A stretch of DNA of 64,000 nt from assembly GCA_028696995.1 (NCBI GenBank), contig JAQVFY010000001.1:18444-82443 (forward strand). The letters run 5' to 3'. The position numbers and the translations under genes are program-made. Below the pieces are notes generated by a model that worked only from the letters and a program-made list of their open reading frames with translations, was not told the origin of the DNA and did not search any database. Shown piece by piece: positions 1 to 8,625 of the stretch. Each line of letters opens with the position of its first letter. Position 1 is the stretch's first letter. Origin of the DNA: Patescibacteria group bacterium (GTDB lineage: Bacteria > Patescibacteriota > Patescibacteriia > Patescibacteriales > UBA12465).

Positions 1-134
1 AATTGAAGAGTCAATTTAATGATTTTATTACTAAATTAAAAGATAATTGGAATTAAAGAGGAAGTATTCTGAGTTTTTGGAGAAATTATCGCATAGAATC
101 GCTTGCTTTTAGTTTGCGACCACACGATTTAAAT

Positions 135-205
135 TCGGGGATCGTCTAATGGTAGGACTGCAGGTTCTGGTCCTGTATATCTGGGTTCGAATCCTAGTCC
201 CCGAG
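135..205 (+). tRNA. tRNA-Gln (anticodon CUG)
   Basis: Manual cloverleaf fold. 7-bp acceptor stem TCGGGGA/TCCCCGA; D-stem GTCT/GGAC with 7-nt loop; anticodon stem GCAGG/CCTGT with loop TTCTGGT (CTG at positions 34-36); T-stem CTGGG/CCTAG with TTCGAAT loop; discriminator G. CCA is not encoded. Confidence 0.8.
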
Positions 206-272
206 CATAATAAAAATATGGTTTATTTTATCTATATTTTAGACTTGAATTAAATTTTTAAAATAATATTTT

Positions 273-653
273 TTGATGTATACTTTATATGTAATAATTA
301 TAGACAAATATATGAAATTTATAAATAATAAGGATTGGATTAAAGGCGAGAGTTATCAAAAAAGAATTTTATTAAATAGTTTTAATCAATCAATTAACTT
401 GATTGAAGATGTGATAGTAAAAACTAATGGAGTTATTCCTTTACATGTTCATAATTTCACAGATGAAATTTTTTATATTGTTAAAAATTCAGCTACTATG
501 ATTGTTGAAGATGAAAAATTTGAAGTTAGGGAAGGTGATATGATTTATGTAGATAAAAAAGAAAAGCATGGTTTTGAGAATAAAAGTGATTTAGAATTAA
601 AGATGCTTGTTATGAAAATTAATTTTAAAGAAGGGGACTCTTATTTAAAATAG
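273..653 (+). CDS. cupin-fold small protein (cupin_2-like)
   Basis: 126-aa ORF. Motif GVIPLHVHNFTDEIFYIV...GDMIYVDKKEKHGFEN is typical of cupin beta-barrel metal-site proteins. Start codon uncertain (alternative Met at 312). Confidence 0.55.
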   Translation: MMYTLYVIIIDKYMKFINNKDWIKGESYQKRILLNSFNQSINLIEDVIVKTNGVIPLHVHNFTDEIFYIVKNSATMIVEDEKFEVREGDMIYVDKKEKHGFENKSDLELKMLVMKINFKEGDSYLK

Positions 654-694
654 TTTGAACATCGTTCACGACCTCAAGCTACGTAAAATAAAAA

Positions 695-728
695 AACCAC
701 GTATAGTCTTTGGCACGTGGTTGTTTTT
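695..728 (+). terminator. intrinsic terminator (stem AACCACGT/ACGTGGTT followed by T-run)
   Basis: aaccacgtatagtctttggcacgtggttgttttt immediately downstream of the cupin ORF. Confidence 0.6.
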
Positions 729-790
729 ATCACGTGGCGCAGTCGCATGTGAGTGAAGTCGCTTGCGACGAATGAGCTATACGTGACCCT
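729..790. repeat. CACGTG-rich palindromic intergenic repeat; related copies at 44790-44835 and 63529-63560
   Basis: tcacgtggcgcag recurs as tacgtggcgcagg at 63537. ccacgtata recurs at 44797. gcatgtgagtgaagtcgc is the inverted counterpart of gcgactcacacgtgac at 44819. Also contains the palindrome GTCGCttGCGAC. Confidence 0.45.
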
Positions 791-881
791 ATATTTACTT
801 AATAATACATTATTTGTAAATAGCTAGTTTGAATATAAAAATATATTATTTATCTTATTTTTATTTTTTGTATTTTATTTT

Positions 882-914
882 AAAAAGCACTCCGTGTTTA
901 GAGTGCTTTTTTTT
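882..914. terminator. bidirectional intrinsic terminator (GCACTC/GAGTGC stem, T8 on the + strand, A5 run on the other side)
   Basis: aaaaagcactccgtgtttagagtgctttttttt. Serves the 3' end of minus-strand pyrD (stop at 926). Confidence 0.6.
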
Positions 915-925
915 GCAAAGATTAA

Positions 926-1873
926 TCAGAAGATTTCATTGGCGCGATCAATGATCGCTTTAACTCTCCAAGGTCGCAAAATTAGAACAGTGCCAATTTC
1001 GATGGCATTAGCTCCGGCCATCTTCATTTTGTCAACATCATTAGCACTGAATATCCCCCCACTTCCTTTGATTGGCATTGTAATTCCGGCTGATCGCAGA
1101 TCTTTAATCTTATTTAAAACCAGCGGTAAAATTACTTTTCCAGATAGTCCACCACCACCCAAATGTTGTAAGGGTGATTCTTTTCTACCTAAAACATTTT
1201 TCCAGTTGATTCCCTCGGTTCCGTAAGGAATGGTGTTGGATAAAGTCAGGACATCACAAAGGCCGCTTCTTTCAATTTCTCTTACCACTTCGGTGTTAAT
1301 CAGAGTGTTAACCTTGAGGTCGATGGGAATTTTTAACCCAGATACTAGTTTTAAAATTTTTAAAGCTTCGTTTGCTAGATCCTTGGTGTTATGTTTGGTA
1401 TTTGGGCAAGAAATATTGATTTGTAATCCAATATTAGTTTTGAATTGCTCTAAATAACCAAGTAATAGAAACAGGAAATCAGTGGTTTCCTTTAATCTTT
1501 GGTCAGGATCATCATTTACAGCCATAAAAGAAATAAAGAAAGGCCGATCAATTTGTTGCCATTTGCCTCTCTCAAATAAAGCGTTAGCTCCTGGTCCGCT
1601 TAAGCCCACAGCATTTAGCATCGCCCCCTTGAGAGGGTATGCTTTAATGCATTTTGGAATTATTTCGCGTGGTTGAAAATTCTCATTCAGGGGCATGTTA
1701 CCAGCTCTTTCGTAGAGAGTTGTAGTCTTGGCAACAAAAGTAGTTCTTTCTATAATTTTAAATCCTGGAACAAAAGCTTTATACCAAAAGTCATACCACC
1801 AACCATCACCAAAAAAATTTAATGATCCTGAGGCCAAGAAACAATTATCAAAATATAAGTTTTTAATGTTCAT
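926..1873 (-). CDS. pyrD: dihydroorotate dehydrogenase, class 1 (catalytic Cys in ISCPN)
   Basis: 315 aa. Aligns along its length with class 1A DHODH: NAVGLSGPG, FFISFMAVN, NISCPNT, and C-terminal GGGGLSG...IKGSGGIFSANDV...GANAIEIGT (FMN/TIM-barrel motifs). Confidence 0.8.
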   Translation of the reverse strand: MNIKNLYFDNCFLASGSLNFFGDGWWYDFWYKAFVPGFKIIERTTFVAKTTTLYERAGNMPLNENFQPREIIPKCIKAYPLKGAMLNAVGLSGPGANALFERGKWQQIDRPFFISFMAVNDDPDQRLKETTDFLFLLLGYLEQFKTNIGLQINISCPNTKHNTKDLANEALKILKLVSGLKIPIDLKVNTLINTEVVREIERSGLCDVLTLSNTIPYGTEGINWKNVLGRKESPLQHLGGGGLSGKVILPLVLNKIKDLRSAGITMPIKGSGGIFSANDVDKMKMAGANAIEIGTVLILRPWRVKAIIDRANEIF

Positions 1874-1952
1874 AATATCCTCCTTTAGGTTGCTATGTTT
1901 TTATTATTTAACCATAATTACTTTATCACCAGGTTTAAAAATTTGCAATGAT

Positions 1953-1981
1953 TGACAAAAAATTTGAAAAATGTTTAAATA
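1953..1981 (+). promoter_or_regulatory. candidate sigma70-type promoter for pyrC (TTGACA, 17 nt, TTAAAT)
   Basis: ttgacaaaaaatttgaaaaatgtttaaat in the divergent pyrD/pyrC intergenic region. Confidence 0.35.
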
Positions 1982-2023
1982 AATTTGATCGAATTTGCAT
2001 ATTAACAATAAAACCCTAATCTG

Positions 2024-3094
2024 ATGAAAAAAGATGAAATTACTATTATTAAACCCTTTGATGCTCATGTGCATTTAAGGAGCGGCGACTTGCTTAAAGC
2101 AGTTATTTCCTGTACCACGAACAATTTTAGTAATGCTGTGGTTATGGGAAATTTGCTCGATCCGGTTGATGATTTAAATAAAGCTTTGCTTTATCGACAG
2201 GAAATTATGAGTAATGTCCCAGCTGGTCATAACTTTAAACCGCTTATGTCGGTTATGTTGAATAAAAATTCAAGCCCAGAAAAGATTGAGGAGCTTGCGG
2301 GCATTGTTCAAATTTTAAAATTTATTCCTGGAGCGACTTCTACTAACTCTGAGGCCGGTATTTCCTTCTTTGATTTGTGTGACTTTCGGGAAGCTGAAGA
2401 TGGAAAGTATAGCAAGGTTTTAGAGGCAGCCGAAGCCGCTAATATGGTCTTCTCCATTCATGCTGAGCTCATTAATGATGCTTTTGGCAATCCAATTCCG
2501 GAAGAGCACCGCGAATTTTCCGCATTACCCTTTGTTAAAAGAATAATTGCCAAATTTCCTAAGTTAAAAATAGTAATTGAGCACGTTTCAACTTCAGAGG
2601 CTTGTCGCTTAGTGGAGGAGGCTCCTGATAATGTCGTTGCGACTGTCACCCTGCATCATTTACTTCTGACTGATCAGGATGTTTATGATGATTCCGGAAA
2701 CATTAAAAATATTTTTAATTATTGTAAGCCGGTGGCCAAGCGTGCCAGAGATTTGTCAGTAATTCGAGAATCGGTTTTCTCTGGTAATAAAAAATTCTTT
2801 TTTGGGTCGGATTCTGCTCCACATTTAATTTCCACCAAGTTAGAAAAGGGTGCGGCTGGAATTTTTACAGCACCAATCGCCCTGCAAAAACTAACGGAAA
2901 TATTTGCCGATGCTGGTCACAGTGAAATGTTGGAAAATTTTGTGTCAATTTATGGCCGTGAGTTTTACGGTTTACCAATCCCGGAAGAGAAAGTTACATT
3001 GATTCGGGAAAGACACAAATATCCGGAAGAAATTGGCGGGGTTAAGATTTTGGGTTTGACTGCTAACGAGTTAGAATGGAAGAGGAAGATTTAG
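2024..3094 (+). CDS. pyrC: dihydroorotase, type II (E. coli PyrC-like)
   Basis: 356 aa. [12 protein letters not shown] matches [23 protein letters not shown]...[21 protein letters not shown] matches AIVMPNLAPPV...[28 protein letters not shown] motif present. Confidence 0.9.
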   Translation: [356 protein letters not shown]

Positions 3095-3124
3095 AAAATT
3101 AGAATGGAAAGTTTAGATAATTAT

Positions 3125-3162
3125 AAAAGGCGCTCTGCAATTGGAGCGCCTCTTTTATTTTT
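3125..3162. terminator. bidirectional intrinsic terminator between convergent pyrC and pyrF-pyrE
   Basis: aaaaggcgctctgcaattggagcgcctcttttattttt. Stem GGCGCTC/GAGCGCC with A/T runs on both sides. Confidence 0.65.
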
Positions 3163-3174
3163 GGAATAAATTTC

Positions 3175-4683
3175 TTATTCTTCCTTTTTTTTGTTCATAG
3201 CAGCTTTGAGTTCCGGCCAACTTTGTTTGGCTTTCCAGACGATTTTGCCGGCGGCGATCAACTCAGCCACTTCTGAATCGTCTTGTTGAAATTGTTCCGC
3301 CTTAACAAAGCATACTGATTTAACCGGCAAGTAGTCATAGGAAATCTCTCCGGAGCGGTTTACAGCACAGCCAATTCCCAGAAATTGACCGCCCTTTTCT
3401 TCGATGAGCTCTTTCATTTTTTCAGTCGTGCTGTAATTATTGACCACGTCTTCAATCACGACAATTTTGTCGCCAGGTTTGATTTCGTGACGATCAATGA
3501 TAAGCTCGCTGACTTCCTTGGTTCCATTTATTGGGTCGGCTGGTTTAACAACCTTTTTCTCGGTGAACCCCAATCGGCAAGCCAAATGCTTGGCAGTTAG
3601 ACCGGTCAGGAAAATGCCACCCATAGCAGCTCCTATAATCATGTCGGGCTGAAGGGGCTTTAGTTTTTCGGCCAAAGTTTTGGCAAAGTAATCCAATACT
3701 TCCGGATTTTCTTCGGCCTTGGCAAAGTTGAAGTATTCAAACCCAACTTTGTTTTTTTTCTGTCCGTCCTTGGTTTCATAGGTTCCAGCATAGGCCACCA
3801 GTGGTCCGATAATTTCTCCGGCTTCATTTTTGGCACTGTAATAGCCGTCACAGTTTTTCAGAATTTCCAGGGGAGGAATTTTGAATAGTTTAGCTTCCGC
3901 TTTCTCTATTTCTGCAATGGTTCTTTCCTGGCTTTCTTCAGCACTAATCGGAGGATTGGCCTCAGGATTACCTTTGGTTAATTGAGCCCCCATAACCAGG
4001 AAAGTTGCTCCCAAGCTCATAGCCTCGGCTACTCCTCCCTTTCTTTGTTGATGGTCAGCCAGCATCCAGCTATCACGAATTCCGGGAACAATAAAGCCAT
4101 AAGATTCCGGTAAATTGTTTTTCAGGAAGGACACCTCCTTAACGGAGCAAACAATTAAGTCGAACGGTTCCGCAGGAACTTCGCTCATACTCTTTGCTTT
4201 TTCAATGTATTCGGCTCGGATGTTTTCGATGTCATTTAAGATTTTCATCTTAGCTGTCATCCCGAAGCGTCTTTGACACTCTCCTTCACTGATGTCAGTT
4301 GGAACGCTGATCATAGCGAGTTTAGTTTTTGGAAGGGTTTGACGTAGGGCCAGAATTCCCGAAACACTACAGATAGAAGAAACCGTCAGAATACCCGGCG
4401 CTTGTTTTCCGTATTTTCTGGCGTAATTTTTCAGAGTGGCATCTACATCGAAAACCTTCATGTCCAGAAAAATGTCGATGTTCAACCCAGCTTCGGCAAT
4501 CAGCTCTTTTATTTGGTCGATGATTGCCGGTCCGCCACAGTCTGGATTGTGAATCCCGTCATTAATTTTGATGTAGTCCACAATCTTTCTTAGTTTGGGC
4601 TGGTTTAGATCTTTTTGTATCTTGGCAAAAAGTTCTTCGGCGGTGTTAATGCCATCATAGGGAAGAATTGCTACTTTTCTCAT
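3175..4683 (-). CDS. pyrFE: bifunctional OMP decarboxylase (N-terminal) / orotate phosphoribosyltransferase (C-terminal) fusion
   Basis: 502 aa. N-terminal half has OMPDC motifs: DIFLDMKVFDVDAT (DxKxxDI), LIVCSV...FIVPGIR, VMGAQLTKGNP. C-terminal ~200 aa is a type I PRTase with PRPP loop KIVVIEDVVNNYSTT and an OPRT-like flank. Confidence 0.85.
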   Translation of the reverse strand: MRKVAILPYDGINTAEELFAKIQKDLNQPKLRKIVDYIKINDGIHNPDCGGPAIIDQIKELIAEAGLNIDIFLDMKVFDVDATLKNYARKYGKQAPGILTVSSICSVSGILALRQTLPKTKLAMISVPTDISEGECQRRFGMTAKMKILNDIENIRAEYIEKAKSMSEVPAEPFDLIVCSVKEVSFLKNNLPESYGFIVPGIRDSWMLADHQQRKGGVAEAMSLGATFLVMGAQLTKGNPEANPPISAEESQERTIAEIEKAEAKLFKIPPLEILKNCDGYYSAKNEAGEIIGPLVAYAGTYETKDGQKKNKVGFEYFNFAKAEENPEVLDYFAKTLAEKLKPLQPDMIIGAAMGGIFLTGLTAKHLACRLGFTEKKVVKPADPINGTKEVSELIIDRHEIKPGDKIVVIEDVVNNYSTTEKMKELIEEKGGQFLGIGCAVNRSGEISYDYLPVKSVCFVKAEQFQQDDSEVAELIAAGKIVWKAKQSWPELKAAMNKKKEE

Positions 4684-4911
4684 GTTTGGTTTTTTTGGTT
4701 AATTTAAGTTTTTAAAGGACAATAGAACCTTAATAAAAATAAAAATTAAAGTCAAGTATTAATAATATTCCAAAACATTTAAAAAAAGAAGACGTTTTTA
4801 ACATCTTCTTTTCTATTAAACAATTATCATATATACTTTAAAAACAAAAAAGCAGTTTTTTTCGCAAGTTCTCTAAGATTTTTTTATTAATTTTTATTTT
4901 TATATTATTTT

Positions 4912-5598
4912 TTATTGCAATTCCTTTTCTTCTCTATTTACTTCCTTAATAATTCTTTTTTTAACTCGATAAAGATTCATAAAAGAAAAAACTAATAATC
5001 CACCCAAGAAGATTCCCCAAACATTCATTAAGAAAAATTTTAAAATATATATAAATAATTCAAATTCTATATTAGATAAAATTAATCCTAGGGAAGTAAG
5101 TGGGGGAATGATAGTAACAGCAATAGCTATTCCCGATAAATAATCTTTGGAGTTTGGTCTAGTCCAAGCATAACTAGCGGTTATGCCAGCAATAATTGAA
5201 ATAGTAAAACTTAGCCAAGATATTTCCATTTTTCTTATTAACATAATATCTAGACTATTGATATTAAAAATAAATCCAATTAGAGTAGAGAATATTATAG
5301 AAAATAAGGTCGCTAAAATAAAGATTTTTATAGATCTTAAAAATACTTTAAAATTAAATATAATCGTCCCTAAAGACATGGCTAAAATAGGGGATAAAAG
5401 TGGAGCAACTATCATTCCAGCAATAACTAGAGCGATATTGTTGCTTACTAGCCCCAAGGCTGTTATTAAGGTTGATAGGCAAACCATTAGATAAAAATCT
5501 GTTTTAGGGGCACTAGAGTTTATGATACTGGAAACGAAATTTTTTTTATTTTCTTGTTCACCGTTTTTTATTCCAATTATTTCTTTAAATTTTAGCAT
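4912..5598 (-). CDS. polytopic integral membrane protein, function unknown
   Basis: 228 aa, about six hydrophobic segments. AT-rich native-like composition. A rho-independent hairpin lies about 100 nt downstream at 4786-4812. Confidence 0.5.
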   Translation of the reverse strand: MLKFKEIIGIKNGEQENKKNFVSSIINSSAPKTDFYLMVCLSTLITALGLVSNNIALVIAGMIVAPLLSPILAMSLGTIIFNFKVFLRSIKIFILATLFSIIFSTLIGFIFNINSLDIMLIRKMEISWLSFTISIIAGITASYAWTRPNSKDYLSGIAIAVTIIPPLTSLGLILSNIEFELFIYILKFFLMNVWGIFLGGLLVFSFMNLYRVKKRIIKEVNREEKELQ

Positions 5599-5692
5599 AG
5601 ATTAAAAATATTTATTTTTTTATTTTATTATAACTTATTTAATATAATCTTTCAATCATTGTGGACAAGTTATTTTTGTTTTATTTCTTTTT

Positions 5693-6943
5693 GTGCTAAT
5701 ATTTATTTATATTATGCTAATAAAAATTACAAAATTAAAAATTTTTAATAATTTTCAAAGAAAATTAACTGCTGACTTTAAAATGGTTTTTTTTGGTAGA
5801 GTAGTTATTAATTCAGCTAGTCAGTTGATCGGATTATTTTTACCAATATTCTTGTACAAGTTTTTAGATATGAACTTGTTTTTAGTTATTGTTTATTATT
5901 TATTATTGGACTTTTTATATTTAAATTTTATTATTATCGGTTGTCGCCAAATAATGAACAGAGTGGGGATAAAAAGATCTCTGCAAATAAGTATTATTTT
6001 TGTGTCTTTATATTATGCTTTTTTATTATTGTTAGACAAGTTTTTTGTTTTAAATAATTCTTTTTTAGGTATTAATTTTATTTGGTGGCTTATTCCGGCT
6101 GTCCTTTTTTCTTTAATGTTTCGTCTTACTCATTGGGTTCCTTTTCATACTAATATGGCCGAGTTAACTGATCGTCGTATTAGAGCTAGTCAATTAAGTT
6201 TAATGGAGGCAACTATGATGGTTTTAGGGGCGATTATGCCTATTATTGCTGGACTGGTTTTGTCTTCTTTAGGTTTTTCTTATTTATTTTTAATGACCTT
6301 ATTAATCTTCTTATTATCAATTATACCTTTTAGTTTTACACCAAAAATAGAAGAAAAATTTTCTTGGACTTATAAAAAAACTTGGAAAGTTTTCTTTTCT
6401 AAGAAATTTAGAAAAAATGTTATCTCTTATATGGGAGATGGGGCTGAAAGTATAGTCGGTATAGTAATTTGGCCAATATTTATTTGGAAATTATTAGAAG
6501 GGGATTATCTTCAAATTGGACTTATATCTTCAATTATTATTGTGGCTACAATAGTCTTGCAATTATTAGTTGGTGGTCTTATAGACAAATCTACTAATAG
6601 AAATAAATGGTTAAGATATGGGTCGTTTTTTTATTCTATTGGCTGGATTTTCAAAGTTTTTATTAGTGGGGCTTTACAAATATTTATTTTTTCTACTTAT
6701 CATAACATCAGTAGGATTTTTTCCAGAACTTCATTTGATACTTTGAATTATGATATTGCCTCTAATCAAGGACATTATGTCGATGAATATAATGTTATCA
6801 GGGAAATGGCGATCATGCTTGGGAAGATAATAATGGGTTTAATTATTATTGTAATTGCTCCGTTTTTGCCATTATCTTATATATTTTTATTAGCAGCTTT
6901 GGCTTCACTGTCTATGAGTCTTTTATCCGCGAATAAAAAATAA
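5693..6943 (+). CDS. multi-pass membrane transporter, MFS-like
   Basis: 416 aa with 10-12 predicted TM helices. ORF begins at a GTG; the true start may be the downstream Met at about 5783. Confidence 0.45.
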   Translation: MLIFIYIMLIKITKLKIFNNFQRKLTADFKMVFFGRVVINSASQLIGLFLPIFLYKFLDMNLFLVIVYYLLLDFLYLNFIIIGCRQIMNRVGIKRSLQISIIFVSLYYAFLLLLDKFFVLNNSFLGINFIWWLIPAVLFSLMFRLTHWVPFHTNMAELTDRRIRASQLSLMEATMMVLGAIMPIIAGLVLSSLGFSYLFLMTLLIFLLSIIPFSFTPKIEEKFSWTYKKTWKVFFSKKFRKNVISYMGDGAESIVGIVIWPIFIWKLLEGDYLQIGLISSIIIVATIVLQLLVGGLIDKSTNRNKWLRYGSFFYSIGWIFKVFISGALQIFIFSTYHNISRIFSRTSFDTLNYDIASNQGHYVDEYNVIREMAIMLGKIIMGLIIIVIAPFLPLSYIFLLAALASLSMSLLSANKK

Positions 6944-7043
6944 TGATTTTAATATTTTGTTATTAACTAACAAGAAAGCTCTTCTATTGCTTTTTATAAA
7001 TTAAAGAGATAAGATAGAGGTATTATTAAATAAATTTAAAAAA

Positions 7044-7649
7044 ATGAAAAAATTTAATCAGGGTCGTGATCGTGATTTTAATAGTAGGGGCTCTAGTCGA
7101 AGGCCGGAAAGAGGTGGATTTGGTGGTGGAAATCGTGGAGGTGGTACTATAATGCATAAAGCTGTTTGTTTTGAATGTGGTAAGGATTGTGAGGTTCCTT
7201 TTAAGCCCACGGGTGGTAAGCCAGTTTTTTGTAGTGCTTGTTTTGATAAAAAAGGTGGATCAGAAAGTCGAGTCAGAGGAGGGTTTGACGGAAGATCAGA
7301 AAGAAGTTTTGAAAGAGATAATTCTTTTAAACCTAGATTTGATGATAGAAAATTTAGCGATAATAAAAAACCTTTTAATGACGGCAAATTAGATGAAGTT
7401 ATTGCTAAATTAGATAAAATTATTAGACTGCTTACTCCAGTGATTGATTTAAGAAAAGAAGGTCCAAAAAAGGATGAAATTAAAGCTGTTAATAAAGTGT
7501 TTGAGGTGAAGGCCGTTGAGAAGGAAAAAACAGAGAAGAAAGGTTCTGTTAAGGTAAAAAGTGTTCCAAAGAAAAAAGTTGATAAGAAAACTTCAGCTAA
7601 GATGGCATCTAAGACAAAAATCAAAGTAAAAGCTAAAACTAAAAAATAG
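7044..7649 (+). CDS. RGG/Gly-rich zinc-ribbon protein with lysine-rich histone-H1-like tail; probable nucleic-acid binder
   Basis: 201 aa. N-terminal RGG/GGFGGGNRGGG; CFECGK-x17-CSAC zinc ribbon; C-terminal KKKVDKKTSAK...KVKAKTKK. Upstream promoter-like region; terminator at 7681-7708. Confidence 0.6.
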   Translation: MKKFNQGRDRDFNSRGSSRRPERGGFGGGNRGGGTIMHKAVCFECGKDCEVPFKPTGGKPVFCSACFDKKGGSESRVRGGFDGRSERSFERDNSFKPRFDDRKFSDNKKPFNDGKLDEVIAKLDKIIRLLTPVIDLRKEGPKKDEIKAVNKVFEVKAVEKEKTEKKGSVKVKSVPKKKVDKKTSAKMASKTKIKVKAKTKK

Positions 7650-7680
7650 GGTGGAATTAAATTAAATATTTCTATAATTA

Positions 7681-7708
7681 AAAGAAGCGTCTTATTAGCG
7701 CTTCTTTT
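7681..7708 (+). terminator. intrinsic terminator (AGAAGCG/CGCTTCT followed by T-run)
   Basis: aagaagcgtcttattagcgcttctttt downstream of the 7044-7649 gene. Confidence 0.55.
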
Positions 7709-7789
7709 AATTGACTTATTTTAAAAATTTTATTAAAATTATTTATTACTTTAACAATTATAATACTAACTAAAAATAAAGGAGGGCAA

Positions 7790-8470
7790 ATGACTAAGGT
7801 AACAACTGTTTTAATTGCTTCTGGTAGCGGAACAGATGCCAACGCCATAATGGAGGCTTATCGCAAGGGATTTATTCCTGAAATTTCATTAAAAAAGCTT
7901 ATAAGCACAAAAAAAGGGGCTGGTTGTCTGGAAAGGGCCAAGAGGTTTAGGATTGAAACCTTGGTTGTGGACAGGGAATATCTCGGGGGATACGGCTTTA
8001 ACAAAGTCCTATTTTCCGAGCTTCAAAACGTGGGTTGTGAGTTGATTTTCTTGGTCGGATGCGTTGTTAAAATACCTACTATGTTGGATGTTAGTATTTA
8101 TAATATTCATCCGGCCGATATCGAAAAATTTGGAGGAAAGGGAATGTATGGCCTGGCTGTCCATGAAAAAGTTTTATCTGAAGTGTTGGATTTAATCTCT
8201 CGTGGCAAAAAAAGTCCAGATGATCGGTTTTTTACTTATCCGACAGTTCACGAGGCCGTATCAGAATATGATTCGGGGGCGCCGTTGCTTGTGGGAAGTG
8301 TAGAAATTCCAAGAAGTATCATCAAAGATTTACTTGTTGGAAGAATTGATTTGCAGTCAGCTGCCCAGCGTTTGCAAGATGTGGTCTTGCCTTATGAATG
8401 GATGATGTTGCCAACGGCGGTTAAAATAGCTGCTAACAAAATATTGGCCAATACTCCCGTGGGAGGGTAA
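7790..8470 (+). CDS. purN: phosphoribosylglycinamide formyltransferase (PurN-like)
   Basis: 226 aa. N-terminal VLIASGSGTDANAIMEA (PurN VLISGxGSNLQALIDA). Catalytic region NIHPADIEKFGGKGMYGLAVHEKVL (NIHPSLLPxFxG...H). SD AAAGGAGGG precedes the ATG. Confidence 0.7.
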   Translation: MTKVTTVLIASGSGTDANAIMEAYRKGFIPEISLKKLISTKKGAGCLERAKRFRIETLVVDREYLGGYGFNKVLFSELQNVGCELIFLVGCVVKIPTMLDVSIYNIHPADIEKFGGKGMYGLAVHEKVLSEVLDLISRGKKSPDDRFFTYPTVHEAVSEYDSGAPLLVGSVEIPRSIIKDLLVGRIDLQSAAQRLQDVVLPYEWMMLPTAVKIAANKILANTPVGG

Positions 8471-8499
8471 ATGTAAAATATCAAAAATTGAGAAAAATG

Positions 8500-8526
8500 A
8501 ATCTCGTCAAACGGCGAGATTTTTTA
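8500..8526 (+). terminator. intrinsic terminator after purN
   Basis: atctcgtcaaacggcgagatttttt. Confidence 0.6.
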
Positions 8527-8527
8527 A

Positions 8528-8559
8528 TTGACTTTTAGATTATATTTAGTTAAGATAAT
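8528..8559 (+). promoter_or_regulatory. candidate promoter for purL (TTGACT, 17 nt, TAAGAT/GATAAT)
   Basis: The 13-mer ttttaattgactt immediately follows the terminator here and also at 7703-7715 upstream of purN. Confidence 0.35.
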
Positions 8560-8625
8560 ATAATTACTTTTTGGTAATTATTTGGTCTTTAAAAATTTAA
8601 TTTACTAATATAAGGAGGAAAAATC

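Noticed and set aside
894-1955. Several + strand ORFs (894-1226, 1230-1457, 1482-1676, 1728-1955) inside pyrD
   Set aside because: Antisense to a well-supported DHODH gene, with no motifs and no RBS.
7058-7624. 188-aa ORF antisense to the RGG/zinc-ribbon gene
   Set aside because: Entirely overlaps the better-supported + strand gene (which has a promoter and terminator). Its low-complexity S/L/P-rich translation is typical of antisense reading of a Gly/Lys-rich gene.
8534-8625. Purine or ZTP riboswitch upstream of purL
   Set aside because: No conserved cores found (UUUCUACC/CCGUAAAU for the purine riboswitch; GGGUCGUGAC...CCGCCUGGGCA-like for pfl).
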